Source of the DNA: the human T2T-CHM13v2.0 reference genome, Homo sapiens
Assembly: GCF_009914755.1 (NCBI RefSeq)
Contig: NC_060930.1
Reading direction: 5' to 3' (one strand)
Length of the DNA stretch: 64,000 nucleotides
In this document: positions 56,790 to 64,000 of the stretch, piece by piece
Layout of the letters: each line of letters opens with the position of its first letter
Numbering within the stretch: the first letter of the stretch is position 1
Program-made: the position numbers and the translations under genes
Notes under the pieces: model-generated
What the model was told of the DNA's origin: nothing
What the model saw: only the letters and a program-made list of their open reading frames with translations
The model's database searches: none

Positions 56790-57560
56790 ACTCAAAAAAT
56801 CATTGCCAATATGTTAGTAAGTATATATTCAGAATTTTCTATGAACAAGCTCATTTTAACAAAAACCAAAAAAAGAGGCATAGGTGTACACACTGAGTAT
56901 CTTTATTGTCTTGTTCATTACATCGTGACCATGTTTTCTATCAACCCATATGCATTTGAAGTATGGTAATAAAATCTGCATGGCATTCCGTTATATAAAC
57001 GCACTCTAACCGATTTAACTAATCCCTACTCTGAGACATTTACTGTGCTTCTGACTTTCTCCCATTCTAAAAGATGCCTCAATTAATATTTTATCAAATC
57101 TGTGTTAAAACTGTGATAAATTTTTACTAGTGGAATTGCTAAGCCAAAGTCATTGTCTACTTTTAAAGCTTCTTATTAATATATCCATATTCTGCTCTTT
57201 AAAAGTTTGGTCAGTTTACTCTCCTATGAGTAGTATGTATTAACACTTGTTTTCTCACATATCCACTGTCACTGGGAAGACTACTTGTATTTTTTCATAT
57301 TCAGGGTCACTGGATACTATTAAAAAATAAAAAATTGGGGTCAATTATTTTGTTCAAATATGTTATCTCATTATTTGTTTTTATTTGTATTTCTTTTAAT
57401 TTTATCAATTTCTTTATTAGCCATTTTAATTATTTTTTGCTTACTTTCCTGTTATATACATTCTGTACATTTTCTTATCTTCTGTACTTTATTAGTGATA
57501 TTTGGTTTTGATATATGAAAACAACCATTTGTTACAAATGAAACAAATTTTTTTTCAGAT
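56790..57560 (-). mobile_element. L1ME 3' region
   Basis: ctgcatggcattccgttatata, gacatttactgtgcttc, ctagtggaattgctaagccaaag, cagtttactctcc. Confidence 0.7.
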
Positions 57561-57579
57561 GGCTGTCTACAAAATAGTC

Positions 57580-57792
57580 TTTCAGTAAGAGGATGACTCT
57601 GGAGTTAGGCAAACTGGGGTTTCAAATCTGAATTATCTCATTTACAAGCTATGTGACTTTAGACAAGCTACTAGAGCTCACTAAAACTCAGCTTTAACAT
57701 AATATAAAATAGGGATGGTAAACCTGTTTTGGACATAAATACTAAATAGGCCTAGGAAATAGCAAGTACAAAATTAATGATAGTTGTTATTA
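57580..57792 (+). mobile_element. MIR
   Basis: taagaggatgactctggagttaggc...agctatgtgactttagacaag. Confidence 0.8.
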
Positions 57793-57884
57793 TTTTAATT
57801 GTTTGTAATGTTTTAGACATTTGAACACTGTTTGAATGTTACAAAACCAAATCTCTATGTTTATAGCTTCTTAGAGTTAAAGTA

Positions 57885-58140
57885 GGAAAGTTGTTGAAAA
57901 CTCAGACTCGGGAAACAGTCTGAGTTGGAAACCTGGCTCCGGTTTTTAGTAGTTGTTTGATTTTAGGCAAGTTACTTAACCTTTCTTAGCCTCAGTTTTC
58001 TCATCTGAAAAATAGGTGGATATTAATACCTGTGTTATAAAGGCATTGAGACAATAAAATAAGGTACTGCTTATCAAACATCTAACACAATGCTTGGCAT
58101 TTGAAACATTCTCAGTAAACACCAGCTTTTATAACTATGA
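57885..58140 (+). mobile_element. MIR
   Basis: ggcaagttacttaacctttcttagcctcagttttctcatctgaaaaatagg. Confidence 0.85.
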
Positions 58141-60772
58141 GGGTGATCATTATCTTTCTGCCTTTAATTGCTCTTGCATTGACTAAGGTTTTCTTAATCA
58201 CTCAAGTGGCATGAGAGGATTTATCTAGAGCTCACAATATAATCGAGCAAATTATCTTAGGCTTTCTTGGTTGCATTCCTATGCTGGGGGCTCCTATGGC
58301 GTCCCCCAGTCTGGCTAAGAAAATATTTTTCTGGGAAATATCACTGATTGGGTAGGAAATCTTGAGAAATATACTAACGTATCTTAATGATGCTGTGTTT
58401 GATAGCTGATATCTCAACAGGTACTTTCACATTTAGGCTAACTGAAATGTGAGGTTTCTTTTCACTCACCATTTTGTAATCTCCAAAATAAAAAGGCATA
58501 CTGTAACAAAAGTGATCTCGAAAATTTGAATCCTAAAAAACAAACAAAAAAAGCACCATGTTTACCTCTGGTGTTTATTTACTTTGATATTTTATTTACT
58601 TCTGTCTATATGTATTTGATTCCACATAGACAGGATTCATCCCAGCTCCTGGTGAGGGATAAAACCCTATAATGATGGAAGTGTGTTCCTGAGTAGGCAT
58701 AAGGAAAGGCAGTCATTTTCTAGTTAGCTAATGTGGTCCAATCATAGGTGACATTATCTTTGCATTCAGAAAATAAGATTTTCAAACAAACCACTCTGGT
58801 TTGCTAACTGGAATAAGGTGCAAGTGATTGCTTGGATATTGAAATAGTGAATGTGCATGTATGGGCTCCTATCCATTGGCAGATACAACTTTTCTGTATC
58901 TCAATAAGACCACAAAGCAGGATTTTTTTTGTTTGTCTTCTTTCTCCCCTGGAGGACCCAGCAAAATGGCTTCCTAAATCACGTGCATTCTCTTTCTGCA
59001 GTTTAATTGGTCTTTGGAACAAAAAGTTTGGAAGTCAGGATACTTCCTTAATATGCAAATCCTGTCGAGATATTTTTCCTGTGAAGCCGACCTTCATTTT
59101 CATGGAATACTGTTCCTGCATAGCTCACTTTTCTTCATCTTCCTTTGGCTGGGTTCTCATGGATTGCTTTTGCTGTATATTTTGAATTAGTTCCCAGTTG
59201 TACTAGGTACTCAAGCTCTAGAGATGATACTTTTATCCTCTGACTATAGAACTTTCCATCAGTCAGCCATGAATTTATGCAGAGGAGCATGGAAGCCTCC
59301 CACGCAAGTCTGACAGTTTTAGAAGTAATCCCATTCTCACTGATCTGTCATACTTGAGCTAGCCCATGGTCTTCTTCCTGCTGATGTCTCCTAAGCTTAT
59401 TACTCTCAGCAGTGTCGTATGAGACTTCACTGTCTCATGTTTTTATCCACTGTATTTTAACCAGAAGGTGTGATCCTTTCATCAAACCATAATTCTTGCT
59501 GATACTGAAATGTATGTAGATTTCAATATCAGCCTTCTTGATTTAGAATTCACAGCCACTTCTCATTGCATGGGGGAGAGGAGGAAGAGATTAAAACATC
59601 CATGTCTAGACACAATTATCATTGCCCAGATTCCTTATGTTTTACATTTCTTCTCAGCAAGATACCCACTTTCTATTTGCAGAAATAAATATCAAGCATA
59701 AAGAATTTGTAGAAATTACAGATAATATTCTATAGTTTTTATTAATAAAAATGTCTTATCATATATTACTGTTGGAGAGGATTCTAAGTGCTATGCAGTG
59801 TTTACCACCTAACACCATTAAACTCAAGTCAGATTCCTTTGTGCTGCTCCTCACTATTTGGGAAAATAATGCAAAAATCTTTGAAGTAAGTGCCATTTAT
59901 GTGAAAGAAATAATTTGGAAAGGAAACATTCCTTTACGATATTTAATTTTATCAAATAATGTAGGGGGAAAATAGAGCTTGACTTTCCCTTTATGAAGAA
60001 AAATACTCCTTTGAGGAAAAAAAAATCCTCTTATTTTGTAAAGTAGTTCCAAGAGACAGCTGGCATATTCAAGATATAACAACCACTCTAGAGAGCAATG
60101 AATACAAACACACACAAGAAAATCTGTCACTTAATGGCTAATATTCGTAAACTATCAACAGAGAAATGAAGTTCGTAATTCAGACAGAAAACCCATTTGC
60201 TCAGTGTGTTGCTGATAAAACATGCAACATAAGCAAATTATTAAAAACCTAACTGTAGCAGGTCGATAGAGAGCTCTGCTTCTGTCCCCATAATCCCATT
60301 ATTCAATTAAGCAATACTACAGGTAGAACAGGGGACACAATAATTATCACCAACAACATTGCCATTCATGCTTCTACCGTAGGCCAAACTTCCTTCAGAT
60401 TTTTGTGGAAGGTATTTGTATGTCATAAATACATAAAAAGTCAAGACACAGATAAATTACCTCTATTATCTTTTCCAAGGATGATCCAAAGAAAATGTCA
60501 AATCTAAGCTGAAACTCTTAGCTGAGTCTGGTAAAGATATACTTTTATGTCTTTCCTTATTATAAATATCTGGCTCATCATTTTCCTCATGGCACTGACA
60601 AATTAAATTTATATCATTGTCATCAGTTCACATCCACTTTGCATGCACTGGAGGCTTGGAATTGTGATTAGCCGAATCATTATCAAAAGAGTTACTTAAC
60701 TCAATATCAAATGGAACTGACTGAATAGCTAGAGAGTAAACCTACCTCATCACAAGCTATTAAAATACAAAA

Positions 60773-61010
<238 letters not shown>

Positions 61011-62089
61011 TTCATTGCATATTTGATTTGCTTTATTCCAATATACACATCACCAAAATTTGTTAAAGAAATACTAATGGTTGAACATTAAAACTTTTAT
61101 TCTGTGTTATTAATATTACAAGATCCTTTCCAAGAGATGCCAAAAGCACAGATTTCAAATATCCAATGATGTTTCTTATTGTGTTTAAGTCAAGTGTACC
61201 ACCTGCATTTTAGGTGAATTGAAGATAAAGATAAAAATCATCCCTTTAACTGATGGTAATGTAGCATTCAAATGAATGGATAACTAAATTCTGTCTTCTT
61301 TCACTAGTCTGGTAACTCATGTAAAGGTGCTCCCATTAAAATGCACAATTTTATAATATGGCATTTGCAAAGATTAGAGGAAGTCTATGGTCCCTTTAAT
61401 CTTGGGGATTCTGATTCATAGCAGTACTTTCTAACATGGTGTATGTGTAGTATTTTTGATGAGAGGAGTGGCTGCCTTGCTTATCTGTGTGTGATCTTTT
61501 GCCTTAAGCCCCCAAGAAGTTCTGTTATAAGAAGGAAAAATTCCAGAAGTCGGGCTTCAGAACGCTCAGCTATGGCTGTTGCTTGACTCATTCCATCTTA
61601 ATGCCCAGTTCAGCCTCTACTCATGCCTTGTACAAGGGAATGACATTTTGTTCTCAGGTGCTGGTATTCGTCAAGGAAGGAGGAGATACACTTGGGAAAG
61701 GCCCAAAGAAACTAAGGCTGATATGAACACACAGACTTTTATATGAATTATAAATAATGCAAAGTTAGTTTGAGACTCTTCTAGTAAAAATATAAAGGTG
61801 GTCGTCAATATAAAAGACCAAAATAAGTTTCAAACATGAAAGCCAGATGATGATTTGAAGAGGTCCTACACTCTAAAACGATCATGTCCCCACCTCCCCA
61901 CCCATCCATAGTATAAAATTAGAATAAAAGCAATACTGAAACATAAAATAAGTATCAGGAGATCCAACAAAGTTTTGATTTTCTTAACTTATTTTTAATG
62001 TCGACATGAAAGTCTTTGCCATGTTCTGCCGAAATATTTCTGAAGTCATACCTTGCTGGTGTCTGCAAGCAAGCCTAATCTATTGACTA

Positions 62090-62265
62090 GACAATCTAGG
62101 CAGGATAGTAGTTATTAGTTTACTTTCTTTATGGACATCTTGAGCAACTGCATAGTCTTAATCATAACACTTCATCTGCTAAGTCCTCAGTTTCTTTACC
62201 TATGAAAGAACAGGACTACAAATAGGTTGCCTTGTTAACCTATATTATAAGGAATTGCCAGGAAA
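62090..62265 (+). mobile_element. MIR fragment
   Basis: agtcctcagtttctttacctatgaaa. Confidence 0.5.
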
Positions 62266-63009
62266 ATAAGAAAGTACAGTGTTCAGTGTTGTTTCCTTTT
62301 CATAGATGAAGAAGTTTATTCAGAATTCTGATGCATCATTTGTGATACTCTTCAAAAGAAGCATAAAATGTTGAAATGGCAAGTGAAAGAAATTTCTGGC
62401 TAAATTTTCCTGGTATTTGTGCCACTTCTACCACATGCAAGCACTACAATCCAGCTCCTTTGTAGTTCTCAATAGAGAATTTTATGTGACAAACACATTT
62501 TTTAAATATCAAGGATATATGGAAAAGTTGGCTATTTATTTTTTCATAATGGCATCTTGTCATTCTCAAGTATGAATGAACTACTAAACAATGACATCAC
62601 AATATTTACTATACAGATTGTCCCTTTTCTGCTTGGTAGATAACATAAACACATGGGTAACATTATTACTAATCCCATACCAGTATTTCTTTACCTCAAA
62701 AAAATCCCATACTAGTGATAGAAACTAGATCTGGCAAATACTGAGTTAATTTTACTATCACAAAAAGTTCATCTGGATAATTGATGATTTTTCATAATGC
62801 TTATTATTTAAATCGCCACTGTAATATTTCCCACCACTATTGGAGGTCAGGAATATTTATTGGCTTATTCTTTTTTAATAGAAATTAGGAAGGATAATGA
62901 ATCCAACTCTACTTTGATAGTACAGCCTGTTAGGAAGATTGCTAAATTACCAGGTCAAGGATCTCATAATCAAAGCTGGGAGTTGAAAGGGGCATTAATA
63001 ATTACCTAG

Positions 63010-63255
63010 ACATGGAATTGAAAACTCAAATACCTATCAGAGCCAGATGGATAATGTAAAGTAGCACATTTCAGCTTGTATGTCCACCTAATATGTACAG
63101 TAGCTATATAGCTTTAGACAATGGCTGCCTTTGCAATAATGCAAACTGGGGTTGTCTTTGAAATATTTACTGCATATCTCACTTTGAACAAGACACATTT
63201 CAAATACTCAAAATTGCATATGCAGCACAGACATAGAGGAAAACTATGCTTTCTC
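63010..63255. mobile_element. Old hAT-Charlie MER (MER102-like), highly diverged
   Basis: aaactcaaatacctatcagagccagatggataatgtaaa resembles the remembered consensus end. Confidence 0.45.
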
Positions 63256-64000
63256 CATACATGCTAGATGAAATCCAATACTGACAATATTATCTCCATA
63301 AATGATAACTGTCTTAAGAAAAAATGGCTCACTTTTTTGGGAAAATGGTGACAAGAATGACTTCGGTAGCTCAAAACTGGGCTTTTCCTTCTTTGAAATA
63401 CTGTAAAAGTCAGTAATAGAATTTCTCCTTCCAGTATTTGTGCTCTTTTAGTGAATTATAAGTCAAACATGAACTCACAAAATAGTTTAAGTCACAAATG
63501 TTTTCTTAGAAAGCCACTGTATCTTCTTTCAATCATATGATGGTGGTTATGAGTTACTGTCTAGTCCTTCCCAGGGGGAGTTCATCCTATTTCAGAAGGC
63601 TTTGCTTACCTTATAAATTGTTTTTTAGGAAAATATAGTAAGTAAATTCCAAATGTATACTCACAGAAACAGTTAAACTTTGTATTCTTATCTACATCTT
63701 AAAAGATCCATCTTCTTCCTGAGAATTAGCACATTTGCAGTAATTTGTGCTTACATGTTACAAACCTGGATTGCTACTCTCCTAATACAAAGTGAACAAG
63801 ACTGCTACACTTAATAAATATTTGTTGCAATAAGCAAATAAATAATTGAACTTAGTGTTTTTATATTATTGAAATTACTTTTTCTCATATCTGCAGACTC
63901 AAATGTATTCTCATTCTGATAACATGGGGGAAAGGAGCAAATGCACATATTCCTTTTCTACTTCTTTGCCTTATTTTGGACAATCCACTTGCAAATGAAA

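Noticed and set aside
58832-59185. 117-aa plus-strand ORF
   Set aside because: TTG start, no recognisable domain, no supporting gene structure

Overview
AT-rich, CpG-depleted primate genomic DNA. AluY, AluS, L1PA and THE1 elements point to a catarrhine, most likely human. I recognise no protein-coding gene, RNA gene, CpG island or CRISPR array. The supplied ORFs are L1/Alu remnants or chance frames. A large part of the window is interspersed repeat: a ~5.4 kb L1PA15/16-type element (31.1-36.5 kb), a rearranged ~4.7 kb L1MC-type element (13.6-18.3 kb), several 5'-truncated L1PAs, ten Alus or Alu fragments, MaLR/ERVL solo LTRs, hAT MERs, L2s and MIRs. Most L1s and LTRs lie on the + strand, and several well-formed splice-site pairs lie on the - strand, so the window may be inside a minus-strand, possibly non-coding, transcription unit (inference only). 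I cannot support a new biological system here. The best-supported oddities are structural. (1) A perfect 76-bp tandem duplication. (2) Three separate templated-insertion-like events within 6 kb: an inverted self-copy replacing L1 ORF1, a ~395-bp local copy pasted into L1 ORF2, and an old L1M fragment inside a younger Alu. (3) A 27-bp Alu with a clean TSD. (4) A candidate minus-strand exon enclosing an (ATG)12 microsatellite. Repeat subfamily names come from remembered consensus sequences, and boundaries of old repeats are approximate (tens of bp).
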